64,000 bases of DNA from a virus (Duplodnaviria; Caudoviricetes). This document shows, one piece after another, positions 51,401-60,171 of the stretch (the first letter of the stretch is position 1; every line of letters starts with the position of its first letter). Location: positions 32,001 to 96,000 of the IMG/VR virus record IMGVR_UViG_3300025390_000003. The stretch is one strand, 5' to 3'. A model generated the notes under the pieces. The model searched no databases. It was given only the letters and a program-made list of their open reading frames with translations, and had not been told where the DNA came from. The position numbers and the translations under genes are program-made.

Positions 51401-52969
51401 CGTCAAAGATTTATAATAACAACCATCCTTTACCTTTTGTGGTTTAGATAATTTTAATTGTTTATTGAATATTTTATTATATTTGTCAGTATAATATTCT
51501 GTGACTTCTTTATAAACACTACTATATGTATTCGAAAATTCTTTAAAATCTATACATCCATCAGTAAAAGTAAACCCGATAAATTTTAAAATATCATTAT
51601 CTATAATCTCGTCTATATCAACATCAAATCCCCCCCCATTAGTTGGGCAAAATTTTATTACAGATTCACCAGAAATATATTCTAAAATCATATCATCAGG
51701 AATATATTTTTGTAGATTTTTATAATTCCAACCTTTACGTCTCCAAAATTTGTTGCTGTGCCAATACTCTGGTTTTATTATTTCTTTAACTGGAGTATTC
51801 TTTAAATAATTTCTAATTTTTTCAGACTTTATGATAAAATCGAAATATTCATAGTTTTTTATATTTTCAAAATTTTCTATTATATATTTTTTATACGTTA
51901 AATTTTGGTTGTTGTTTATTCTTTTATTAAGGACTATATAACAATCATCATTTAAATCTATATTTTTTAGTTTTGTGTCTTCTATTGTCCGATATAAAGA
52001 ATTTTGGTTTTTATACAATTCCCTTCCTTTTTTACAAATCGGAAAAATATGCTCATTTGAGCAAAATATAGTATTGCCAAATTCTGTCTCTATACAATAT
52101 TCATCTTTGTTTCCTGTATCCTTAAAATCAACAACTTTGTTACTATCTCCATTAGCATCAAAAAGTTTGCTCCCCTTCTTTACATCACCAAATTTTATGA
52201 TCTTATCAGTATTCCAAATATATTGATTCTTAGAAATACAATTCCAACCGACGAGAATATCCGGGTGATCTCTTTTCCAATGTTTAATAAATCCGTCTAA
52301 CAATTCAAATTCTGAATCACACTTATGATAATAGACATTGGATTTTGTGGGTGTATAATCTTTAACCCCCCAAGTATGATATTCATTAGATATTGAATCA
52401 TAAACAGTAATCAACAATACTGGAAATTTTGCATCAGAAGGATTTGGAAATTCTTGGGTTTGATAACAAGAACTCATGATTCTCGACCATTCCTTGGTTT
52501 CCTCGTCCATTACAGTATACGAATCTTTGTCTAGTGTTAATAAATCTCCAACACATACAGTAGATATTTCTCCATCATTCCTTTTTACTTCGACTTTATG
52601 TTGGTCACTAAAACGGTTACACTTAGTTTCTATGTCTATATAGAAAACCTTTAATGCAAACTTACTAAAATCCTTATCATCAATCTTATCGTAATATTCA
52701 TCAATTAGATATTGTTGTTCAACTGGAAGGTTATTAAATATCCGTTCGTTTGGATTAAATTTAACATACTCTTTTCTCTCATAAGAATTTTTAAAATTTT
52801 TACGAAACAATGGTGTTTTAAAAATTGATAGACCGTCTTTAGCATCTTCCCTTTCAACATATAGATAAGGTTTATAGGGTATTTCTGTATCTATTCTATC
52901 TCCATCTGGTGTCCAAGTTCTGAGATACACCAATCCCTCTTTACTGTCGTAATAACAATTTCTATACAT
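48407..52969 (-). CDS. gp43: Family B DNA polymerase with two inteins
   Basis: DIET ExoI, GWN..FD ExoII, YNIQD ExoIII, SFDANSLYP, K..LNSLYG, YGDTDS, KKRY. Confidence 0.97.
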   Translation of the reverse strand: MYRNCYYDSKEGLVYLRTWTPDGDRIDTEIPYKPYLYVEREDAKDGLSIFKTPLFRKNFKNSYERKEYVKFNPNERIFNNLPVEQQYLIDEYYDKIDDKDFSKFALKVFYIDIETKCNRFSDQHKVEVKRNDGEISTVCVGDLLTLDKDSYTVMDEETKEWSRIMSSCYQTQEFPNPSDAKFPVLLITVYDSISNEYHTWGVKDYTPTKSNVYYHKCDSEFELLDGFIKHWKRDHPDILVGWNCISKNQYIWNTDKIIKFGDVKKGSKLFDANGDSNKVVDFKDTGNKDEYCIETEFGNTIFCSNEHIFPICKKGRELYKNQNSLYRTIEDTKLKNIDLNDDCYIVLNKRINNNQNLTYKKYIIENFENIKNYEYFDFIIKSEKIRNYLKNTPVKEIIKPEYWHSNKFWRRKGWNYKNLQKYIPDDMILEYISGESVIKFCPTNGGGFDVDIDEIIDNDILKFIGFTFTDGCIDFKEFSNTYSSVYKEVTEYYTDKYNKIFNKQLKLSKPQKVKDGCYYKSLTVNNKIGILLPFIYDINNKKKISITPISMLSYEQFKSFYSGLVDGDGCFSNIQKTLGVCNSIEENLSNLQQLLLWNNVISTKTKTLNRIPFILENESFLRGLDIIHPNRKIDGGVCFFEKCNNSSDKIKYFIKEDNILVKIRKIYKTETPTEMADIETSTHYFVCNGIKTHNCDGFDVPYIINRITNVMGEAAAKRLSPFRKLYSSNATNDFGQQFIKWHIQGVSILDYMLLYKTFARDKRESYKLNYIGEVELNEGKLEINATNLSTLADTDWKNFVEYNIQDVALLVKLEEKLKYIQIARLLSYQGCSNFESALGKVTLVVGAIAIQAKKEGLTIPTFPPNLNGELPGGFVREPITGLQEAIVSFDANSLYPNTIITLNISPETKVGKLINNPDFNNPDDVAELVLVTGKSYTLSISKLKKFLISEQMCISNANVIYSQKNKGIIPKLVDDLYTKRVDAKAKYKKIDKKKMKTDEDEYELIYLDTLQYTVKIFLNSLYGAFANNYCIFADIDAARSVTATGRAVGQEAANIVDRHAKEKYGVTGKSIVVYGDTDSVAFDSIIRHKNGEDTIEKLWENNDNIILKTSSGHEMKHTNGIEILTYKNNIPVYGKIKHIIRHKVTKKRYKITVDGKSVVITEDHDMVVVRNDKLTRISPKEIAESDKILYISDNITSILKTIITDKFKVEQLDVFDDEYVYDFEMDTENPVEQTYFANDILVHNSIYLTVAPILDIKNYKLLEDNGDIAKDAAIVIDEIDNVLNDEINVWAKRELHTTDPRFVFKREVIADAGVFLMKKRYILHINDKEGKKTDEFKYVGVEVAKSTISKEVKEFIKRIMNTLLSLKTLKSTNEVYIKVYDDFKQLSLDDMAFRISVNNYEKYAKTSTLTKFESGTPVHVKAAIAYNLLLKLLKIEDKYERINSNQKVKWVYLKKNVYGLDAIAYPSEYPKEFTKLVVDKEKMFEKQILPAIERLYDGVNWMMPDVCNQTTTNLFDLFSD
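49238..49735 (-). mobile_element. 166-aa mini-intein in the PolB YGDTD|S motif
   Basis: YGDTD|SVAFDS...ITEDH...VYDF...YFANDILVHN|SIY. Confidence 0.93.
50888..52240 (-). mobile_element. 451-aa intein with LAGLIDADG endonuclease in PolB ExoII
   Basis: GWN|CISK...CSNEH...IGFTFTDG...SGLVDGDG...CNGIKTHN|CDGFD. Confidence 0.93.
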
Positions 52970-52976
52970 TTCTCAA

Positions 52977-53004
52977 ATTATAATCCCCTTCCGCAAAAAA
53001 TCAA
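52977..53004 (-). promoter_or_regulatory. Early promoter of the DNA polymerase gene
   Basis: TTGATT-N16-TATAAT-N7-ATG. Confidence 0.7.
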
Positions 53005-53012
53005 ACTACTTC

Positions 53013-54266
53013 TTATGCGTTATATGGAATCTCTGATAAAAACTTTCTATCAGGCGATCCATAAGGAGTAAAGTATGCTTCGTAATGTTTTTGGAGATTT
53101 TCTGGAGATTCTAGCCAATATTTATCTGCTATTGCTCTGTGTTTTTTCACCAAGTCTGCATATCTCGTTTGATCTTTTAGTGCGTATTTTACTTGGTCTA
53201 TAAACTCATCTCCCGTATCATATTTTAAAATCGCATCAGAATACGTACACATATTCGGACAAATTACAGGAATACCAAGAGCACCACCTTCAATTAATTT
53301 TATGTTGCTTTTTGCAAAATTAAAGTTATTTTTTTGTAAAGCAGCAAAGCAAAGTTGTGTTCCAGAATTTGCCATTGCTTCCGGGAAATTAGGCAGGTCA
53401 ACCCAAGGACTATGAATAATCTCACCACTATCTATAAATGGTTTCAATGGTAATGGATAAGAGCCATAGAACTGCCAAGTATATTCTTTTCTAGTTTTAA
53501 TTACTGCTTGAACAATTGCCTCGAAATCATCCTTTTGGTTTACACGATTAACAACATCAACATGAGTTCCTGATGCGAATATAGAAATTACAGGTTTCTT
53601 TTTATTCTTTTCAAATTTCTTTACCATGTCCCCCAAATTGTAATACCTATCAAACCACCATTTCAACAAGTAATTAGGAATAACGGTAACGTTTTTGTTG
53701 TTCGTTTTACTCTTGAAATAATCTGCCATGAAGTCACATGTCACAGTAATTTCCTCGCATAATTCGAGGATATCAACAATACTACCACGAATAGAAGGAT
53801 CAACAAAAGCATCTCTATTTCTATTATACATTGGGATATCCTCATGGAATACTATATCATCAATCTCGTAAATAAGTTTGAATCCATATTTCTGTGAATA
53901 AGATTTCAACATTTTTACAAACTCTTTTTGTATTGGAGTAGCTTGTCTTTGAAGTTTTACGGCTTTAACTCCAGTATAAAATCTTTCATCAAGAATCATT
54001 GTAGTAGATTCCATAATTACTGCTTTGTTGTATAGGTTCAACATTAAATTTGGAGCCATACAACGATACCAACTACAACCACCATAATCCGCCATATAAT
54101 TTACTGCTCTTGGTAATCCTTGTCCTGGAATATCCATAGAGGGTGGTTGTGGTGCGGATTTCGTAGTTATTATATGATTTATGTGTGATGTTGAAGGAAT
54201 ATACGGAAGTCCTATTGGAGCACCTAACATATTATGCAATCCAGTATCTACGGTAGAATGAGTCAT
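53013..54266 (-). CDS. GT-B-fold glycosyltransferase-like protein
   Basis: GGCSWYR, LIYEIDD, ITVTCDFM...IPNY, FNFAKSNIKLIEG...GIPVI. Confidence 0.7.
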   Translation of the reverse strand: MTHSTVDTGLHNMLGAPIGLPYIPSTSHINHIITTKSAPQPPSMDIPGQGLPRAVNYMADYGGCSWYRCMAPNLMLNLYNKAVIMESTTMILDERFYTGVKAVKLQRQATPIQKEFVKMLKSYSQKYGFKLIYEIDDIVFHEDIPMYNRNRDAFVDPSIRGSIVDILELCEEITVTCDFMADYFKSKTNNKNVTVIPNYLLKWWFDRYYNLGDMVKKFEKNKKKPVISIFASGTHVDVVNRVNQKDDFEAIVQAVIKTRKEYTWQFYGSYPLPLKPFIDSGEIIHSPWVDLPNFPEAMANSGTQLCFAALQKNNFNFAKSNIKLIEGGALGIPVICPNMCTYSDAILKYDTGDEFIDQVKYALKDQTRYADLVKKHRAIADKYWLESPENLQKHYEAYFTPYGSPDRKFLSEIPYNA

Positions 54267-54292
54267 ATTATGTTTTATTTATAATTCTAAAT

Positions 54293-54495
54293 CTAAATTG
54301 CAACCTGATATTTTATATGATTTGAACTTTTATACCCCTTTAAAATGGTATCAGTATATTCCCAATCAAAAATAGATGTAAACTTAGGAGTTTCTATTGT
54401 TGGTAAATCATATGTATCTTGAGTTAACTGCAATTTAACACCTTCGATATGCGATCTATAAATATGTGCATCCATTAGGAATCCAATCAATTTAC
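54293..54495 (-). pseudogene. thyA: Thymidylate synthase C-terminal remnant truncated at the IS left end
   Basis: KLIGFLMDAHIYRSH..GVKLQL...LP...IFDW...GY....IKYQVAI matches the ThyA C-terminus; the upstream part is absent. Confidence 0.85.
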
Positions 54496-54541
54496 ATTAG
54501 GGAGGTAAGAAAGCCCACTGATCTTTAGTCAGTGGGATGAA

Positions 54542-54937
54542 TTACCCCTGATTTTCTATATAAGATTTAATAGTTTCAGGATTTGAATTACCTATTGAAC
54601 ATACAAAATATCCATCAGCCCATAATATTTCTTTCTTCCAATAGTATTTCTTAAGAATATCAGAATATAATCTCCACATTTTATTTGTAGTTTCTTGTTT
54701 TAAATGCCTTACTATTTGTGATATAGACAATGAAGGTTCATATGTAATCATAAAATGTATATGATCTTTGTCTGTTTCATGTTGTATAATATGATATTTG
54801 GATTCTATTGTATTCAATATATTCTTTAATCCAATATCTAAAGTATTAATATTAAAACATTTCCTTCTATATTTCGTAAAAAAAATTAAATGACATAATA
54901 ATAACGATTTGCTTCGATTTTTTGTACAATATTGCAT
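54542..54937 (-). CDS. tnpA: Y1 HUH transposase (start probably MQYCT)
   Basis: HLIFFTKYR, DHIH, LWADGYF, YIENQG. Confidence 0.93.
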   Translation of the reverse strand: MQYCTKNRSKSLLLCHLIFFTKYRRKCFNINTLDIGLKNILNTIESKYHIIQHETDKDHIHFMITYEPSLSISQIVRHLKQETTNKMWRLYSDILKKYYWKKEILWADGYFVCSIGNSNPETIKSYIENQG

Positions 54938-54951
54938 AAATATAATTATAC

Positions 54952-56211
54952 ATGATAGTGAAAGCATATAAGTTTAGACTTTATCCTACAGAAGAACAAA
55001 AGGTTCTTCTATCCAAACATTTTGGATGCGTAAGATTAACTTATAATTGGGCTTTAGATTATAAAACAAAACACTATAAAGAAACTAAAGAAAATATACA
55101 TTGGAAGTTCCTTTCTTCATCTAAAGATTTTTTTAATTATAAAAATGAAAATTCCTTCATAAAAGAAGTTAATAGCCAGTCTATAATATCCGCTATCGGA
55201 AATCTGGATAATGCGTATAAGAACTTCTTTGAAGGTAGAGCGGAATTTCCTAAACATAAAGAGAAACATAATAAACAATCCTTTCAAGTTCCTCAACATG
55301 GTAAAATTGACATCAAAAAGGGACTACTTTTAATACCAAAATTCAAAGGCGGTATTAAATGCATCTTCCATAGAGAAATTCCAAATGGAAAACACGGAAC
55401 TTATACGGTTAGTAAAAATAGAGCAGGAGAATATCATGTATCAGTCATGATACATACTGATATTAAACCAAAAGATAAATTACCAATGAAAAATGCTATT
55501 GGTTTAGATTTTGGATTAAAAACTTTTATTACTACATCCAAAGGAGAATCTATAAAATCTCCTTTGTTCTTTAAGAAATCAAAAAGAAAACTAAGAATCA
55601 AACAAAGACAACTTTCAAAAACAAAAAAACATGGTAAAAATAGAAACAAAAAAAGAATAAAAGTAGCTAGACTATATAACAAAATAACAAACCAAAGACA
55701 GGACTTCTTACATAAACTAAGTCACAAATTAATCAGTGATAATCAAATTGATACTATTTGTATTGAGGACTTAAACATAGAAGCAATGAAAAAACTTTGG
55801 GGTAACAAGATCAGTGATCTATCATGGTATACTTTCACAACAATGTTAGCTTATAAAGCAGACTTGTATGGTAAAAATATCATTAAAATAGGTAGATTTG
55901 ATCCTAGTAGTAAATTATGTTCTAAATGTGGACACATATACAGAAATCTTTCTTTAAAAGAAAGAACTTGGACATGTTCAAGTTGTCATACCACTCATAA
56001 TAGAGACATTAATGCTGCTATAAATATAAGAGATTTTGGTATGAATAAATACCAACTAAGTAGGGAACCTACTGATGTAATGCCTTTGGAGAAGAAAGCT
56101 CTGGCTAGAAGAAATCGAAAGAAATCTTCTAGTGAAACTGGATTCGATGAATTAGGAAAAAAGAAGTTCTTTTTAGAACCGAAGCCCATCCGATCTTTAG
56201 TCGGTGGGTAG
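54952..56211 (+). CDS. tnpB: RNA-guided endonuclease TnpB
   Basis: AYKFRLYPT, IGLDFG (RuvC I), IEDL (RuvC II), CSKC..CSSC, RDINAA (RuvC III). Confidence 0.95.
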   Translation: MIVKAYKFRLYPTEEQKVLLSKHFGCVRLTYNWALDYKTKHYKETKENIHWKFLSSSKDFFNYKNENSFIKEVNSQSIISAIGNLDNAYKNFFEGRAEFPKHKEKHNKQSFQVPQHGKIDIKKGLLLIPKFKGGIKCIFHREIPNGKHGTYTVSKNRAGEYHVSVMIHTDIKPKDKLPMKNAIGLDFGLKTFITTSKGESIKSPLFFKKSKRKLRIKQRQLSKTKKHGKNRNKKRIKVARLYNKITNQRQDFLHKLSHKLISDNQIDTICIEDLNIEAMKKLWGNKISDLSWYTFTTMLAYKADLYGKNIIKIGRFDPSSKLCSKCGHIYRNLSLKERTWTCSSCHTTHNRDINAAINIRDFGMNKYQLSREPTDVMPLEKKALARRNRKKSSSETGFDELGKKKFFLEPKPIRSLVGG

Positions 56212-56243
56212 TTCACATCATTCACTTCTATTGTTTTCATATT

Positions 56244-58067
56244 TTATATTTCTTTTACTATATTCGAGAATCCATTACGTTTTTCTATACAAATTACATT
56301 ATCTACTTTTCCTGATACTGCTTGTCCTCTGTGTGTTATTATATAAGATGATTCTTCATAATCATCAACTCTATCTCGTAAAACATCCAATACTAATTCT
56401 ATACCCTTTGAATCTAATGAAGAATCAATCAATTCATCATAAAAGGTATGAGAGAACATAACATCACCTTGCAATCTTCTTATATCCAAAAATGCAAACA
56501 AACAAGCAAGATCAATTCTTTTCCTTTCTCCTGCTGAAAAACTATAATATGACTTCTTTTCTTTACGTTCGTCTATCATTTGTTCCTCAAAAAATTCATC
56601 AAACACACAAAAACATGGAGCTTCGAATTTTTGTAAATAATATTGTAGTCTCTGATTTAATATAGATAGTATTCTTTTTACTATATAACTTTTCACTCCA
56701 TCTTCTGATACTACGAATTTAACACAATCAAGAATTGCTAGTTTTTTATCTATCTCTATCAATTCTTCTTTTTGTTGTGCTAGAGTTTCTTCACTATCTA
56801 TAACGGTTTGCTCTAATATAGAATTTGTTTCTTTATCTATTTTTAATTTATCTGATTGATAATTCTTTATAGATTCTTCGTTATACTCTATTCTTGATTG
56901 TGTTTTTTCATTTGCATTACGAAGTTCTCTAATTCCATCTCGTTTTACTTTTATTGCATCAAGTTCCTTTTTAACGGATAATTTCTTTTCGTTTATAGGA
57001 ACAAAACGCAATTCTTCTTCACTTTCAGATTTTCTTAATGTTGACAACTTATCATACAATTCAGCTTTACACTTTTCCCTATGTTCATTATCTTCTTCTG
57101 CATAAGGGCGTTTACAAGTTGGACATCCAGCACCAACCTTTTCTATATCTCTAATCTGTCCATTTATTACCTTTATGTTTGCTTGTATTTCCGCAATTCC
57201 TTTTGATATTTCGAAGTATTTATCTACTAGTCGAATTGATGCTGCATTAAAGGCATCTTCTTTAGACTTCAATGTTTCCTCTATATTTTCAGGAATTTCT
57301 TTGAATGTTAATTTCAAATCTTTAATATTGGAAGTTGACATTGAAATTTTATCATCAAGATCAGATAACCGCTTTTGTTTATTACTTTCGAATAACTCCA
57401 ATTGTTGTTTATTGAGATTATAAGATTTCTCCAATACTTCCTTTTTTGTAAATATCAATTCGTAACTTCTTCTTAGCTCATTATATTCATCTCTAGCTTT
57501 TAATAACATTACAGAAAACACTTCGAGGTTAAGTATATTTTCGATAAACTTTCTCTTCTCTACTTTTTCTTGTGCCATGAAAGGTTTAGTGTCGTTTATC
57601 GTCATGATTACTGAATTTTGAAAAACTTTACCTGTAGAGTTAAGAAGTTTTTGTATATATTCTGTAGTTTTAGCTATAGTAGATTTCGTTGCATCAATAC
57701 TATATTCTTTCGTGGTTTCGTCAAATTTAAACAAAGAACATTTCGATGGAGCAATTTGTCTCGTCAATTTATATTTTATAGTTTCTGTTGTATCTTCAAT
57801 AGAGAAGTATAATATAACTTCGCATTGTTTCTTGTTAATAGAATTTACAATAAGGTCTTTGTTTAATTCTCTTATTGTAGTTCCAAAAAGTGCAAAATAT
57901 GGTGCTTCTATTGCTACTGTTGATTTTCCTGCGCCATTTGCACCATCTTTATCAAAATTCTTACCTGTTATTATATTAATTCCTGGCTGGAAATCTAATA
58001 TAACTGGTGTATCTCCAATTGATAGGAAGTTACGAACTGAAATACTATTAAAAATTACTTTACGCAC
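56244..58067 (-). CDS. gp46: Rad50/SbcC-like recombination endonuclease ATPase subunit
   Basis: RNFLSIG, NGAGKST, CPTC zinc hook, FSAGE, DE..DSSLD, ITH. Confidence 0.95.
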   Translation of the reverse strand: MRKVIFNSISVRNFLSIGDTPVILDFQPGINIITGKNFDKDGANGAGKSTVAIEAPYFALFGTTIRELNKDLIVNSINKKQCEVILYFSIEDTTETIKYKLTRQIAPSKCSLFKFDETTKEYSIDATKSTIAKTTEYIQKLLNSTGKVFQNSVIMTINDTKPFMAQEKVEKRKFIENILNLEVFSVMLLKARDEYNELRRSYELIFTKKEVLEKSYNLNKQQLELFESNKQKRLSDLDDKISMSTSNIKDLKLTFKEIPENIEETLKSKEDAFNAASIRLVDKYFEISKGIAEIQANIKVINGQIRDIEKVGAGCPTCKRPYAEEDNEHREKCKAELYDKLSTLRKSESEEELRFVPINEKKLSVKKELDAIKVKRDGIRELRNANEKTQSRIEYNEESIKNYQSDKLKIDKETNSILEQTVIDSEETLAQQKEELIEIDKKLAILDCVKFVVSEDGVKSYIVKRILSILNQRLQYYLQKFEAPCFCVFDEFFEEQMIDERKEKKSYYSFSAGERKRIDLACLFAFLDIRRLQGDVMFSHTFYDELIDSSLDSKGIELVLDVLRDRVDDYEESSYIITHRGQAVSGKVDNVICIEKRNGFSNIVKEI

Positions 58068-58107
58068 GTATATATTATACCAGATTTATTTTCATTTTCA
58101 ACCAATA

Positions 58108-58797
58108 TTAATAATATGTTATCCAATTGTTTGATTGTTTGATTATTTCTAACGGCAAAATATCTTTAATACCATGCACTGAAAATACTTCATTAGTTTT
58201 CAATCTCTCTCGAAGTTCTGGATGATGCTCTGGTCTAATTGGATCATGACTATATCCATGTAAAGTAGATATATTTATATTTTCATACTCGCAAGTTGCA
58301 GCAATCCATCTATCGAGAAATCCCAATTCTGTTGGTGTGTATTTACTATCCGACAATTTTATCCACGTATCTTGTGTGGCTATCCAAGGAGAATGCCCAA
58401 AAAATGATGCATTAAACCTACTTTCATCATTTTTCCAAATTTCTCCCATATACATAGTTCCATCTAATATTTCTATATTAGTATTGGGGGTTAATAAGAT
58501 TGTATCATATTCTATCAACACATTTATTCCAGAAAGTTTAGCAAGGGTATCTACAGAAAATTTCGTCCGTTTTATACAATCATCACCGTAAAGCTGAGAA
58601 ACCCCACATGCGTATTCGGTATATTTTGGTAGATTTGGTGTTTCCATATTTTGTATGAATTCTATACCATTTACTGGATCATCCTCTGGACAAATCATAT
58701 AAATATTATCAGTAAAAAATATCCAATTATAATAATGTCTGATTATAACATCTCTCACCTTTCCATGTGCCATTACTACAATATTATCAAATTTCAT
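58108..58797 (-). CDS. Putative glycosyltransferase-like protein
   Basis: LIEYD (DxD-like), ELGFLDRW and VHGIK; last gene of the glycan cassette. Confidence 0.45.
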   Translation of the reverse strand: MKFDNIVVMAHGKVRDVIIRHYYNWIFFTDNIYMICPEDDPVNGIEFIQNMETPNLPKYTEYACGVSQLYGDDCIKRTKFSVDTLAKLSGINVLIEYDTILLTPNTNIEILDGTMYMGEIWKNDESRFNASFFGHSPWIATQDTWIKLSDSKYTPTELGFLDRWIAATCEYENINISTLHGYSHDPIRPEHHPELRERLKTNEVFSVHGIKDILPLEIIKQSNNWITYY

Positions 58798-58806
58798 ATT
58801 TATTAT

Positions 58807-59490
58807 TTAATCTGACATATCTACCGAATCCACTGTAATGTTATCATCTTTCACGTATAACCTATCATGAATAAACCAAGGTGTTTCTCCACCATATATC
58901 CATTTGTTCATACCATATCTAATTGCGATAACAGACATTGCCGTTTGGTCGTGTCTATGCCCCTTTACTCTTGTGTCTTTTGATGCCAATAACATATTGT
59001 TATTATGAGGACCAGGAAAGGTAATCCCATCATTTGCCAATTGCATCATATCTCCAAAAAAATCATATATCACTTTATAATTAAAATTCAATCCGAAATT
59101 AGTCCCTTGCATACACGGCATAGTAAAAGATTCTTCTCGTGTGATGTTAAGTGTTTTTAATGCTTTATCATGACAATAACTACCCAAATCATGATTATAC
59201 AGAAAGAAATACCCATCGGTGTTTATACGATTAAACGCATCATCAAGATTTTTTTTTATTATTACGCTGCTATCCAACCATAATATTCTTTTATATCCAT
59301 TTTCTAATGCATCTCGTATACAATAATATTTAAACGCAAATGGAGATTCTTGATGTGTTGGACATCCTTTAGGGTATTCATTAAATCCTAAAAATGGGAC
59401 ACCCAAAGCTTCGCATTGTAATCTAAGTCGATCTACTCCCTTAATAAAGTTATATCCAACACCAAAACTTACAACACAAGATTCGTTCAT
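58807..59490 (-). CDS. Putative GT-A glycosyltransferase
   Basis: FAFKYY, RILWLDSS, HRHDQTAMS; ATGA overlap with the upstream gene. Confidence 0.65.
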   Translation of the reverse strand: MNESCVVSFGVGYNFIKGVDRLRLQCEALGVPFLGFNEYPKGCPTHQESPFAFKYYCIRDALENGYKRILWLDSSVIIKKNLDDAFNRINTDGYFFLYNHDLGSYCHDKALKTLNITREESFTMPCMQGTNFGLNFNYKVIYDFFGDMMQLANDGITFPGPHNNNMLLASKDTRVKGHRHDQTAMSVIAIRYGMNKWIYGGETPWFIHDRLYVKDDNITVDSVDMSD

Positions 59491-60167
59491 AAAACAATCC
59501 AATTTTTTTTAGAAATATTATATAAAAAATTATCATTATATAATCTCGCGTATTTATGATAGTATAATTTTTTACTTTTTACTTCTATTGACTCTATTAT
59601 ATGTTTAAAACTAGAATCTATAACGTGTATTTCCGTCGCATTTTCAATGATCTTTAAATAATCAAATATATTATTTGTAAATCTAATATCAGGAGTAACC
59701 ACTTGAACATTTTGTGGTATATGGGTTTTATCTATATTAAAATTTCTTTGTGTATCTTCGTGTATAAAAATGTAATCCCCCTTTATTTCAAATTTGTCAT
59801 ATAATTCTTGTTCTCTTTTATTATCGCGCAATATATAAAAATCGCTCCATCGTTTATCAAAGTCCAATCCAACACTATGATAAAAAAATTTATCATAATT
59901 TTGAATACAATCTAGATATTGATGTCCTATAACGAGATGGGTTTCTTGTGGAACGTTTTTCAGTATGTTCTGTGCGTCTTTATCATCAGCTTTTACTATC
60001 GATAAATTATGTATATCCCTAAACATAAATCCCACACTTTCTACATTATGTGGTTTACAAAAAAGGTTTACTTTTTCTACCCTTTTACAAATATTTCTAA
60101 TTAATCCATTACATATAATGTGATCCCCTAATCCCAAATGCTGATATACATAAAGTTCTTTATTCAT
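59487..60167 (-). CDS. Putative GT-B glycosyltransferase-like protein
   Basis: HLGLGDHIICNG, IFIHED, IENATEIHVIDSSF. Confidence 0.55.
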   Translation of the reverse strand: MNKELYVYQHLGLGDHIICNGLIRNICKRVEKVNLFCKPHNVESVGFMFRDIHNLSIVKADDKDAQNILKNVPQETHLVIGHQYLDCIQNYDKFFYHSVGLDFDKRWSDFYILRDNKREQELYDKFEIKGDYIFIHEDTQRNFNIDKTHIPQNVQVVTPDIRFTNNIFDYLKIIENATEIHVIDSSFKHIIESIEVKSKKLYYHKYARLYNDNFLYNISKKNWIVL

Positions 60168-60171
60168 ATTA

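Larger units (their letters stand above)
54496..56216 (+). mobile_element. IS200/IS605-family element (IS605 group, divergent tnpA/tnpB)
   Basis: Inserted 3' of TTAC; left hairpin AAAG-cccactga...tcagtggg; right hairpin GAAG-cccatccga...tcggtggg; ends TCAC. Confidence 0.92.

Noticed and set aside
54496-54541. IStron (intron-IS hybrid) that could rescue thyA
   Set aside because: No room for an intron core at either end, and the flanks do not form a gene
55995-56240. 81-aa minus-strand ORF
   Set aside because: Chimera of an 8-codon gene start and the antisense IS right end
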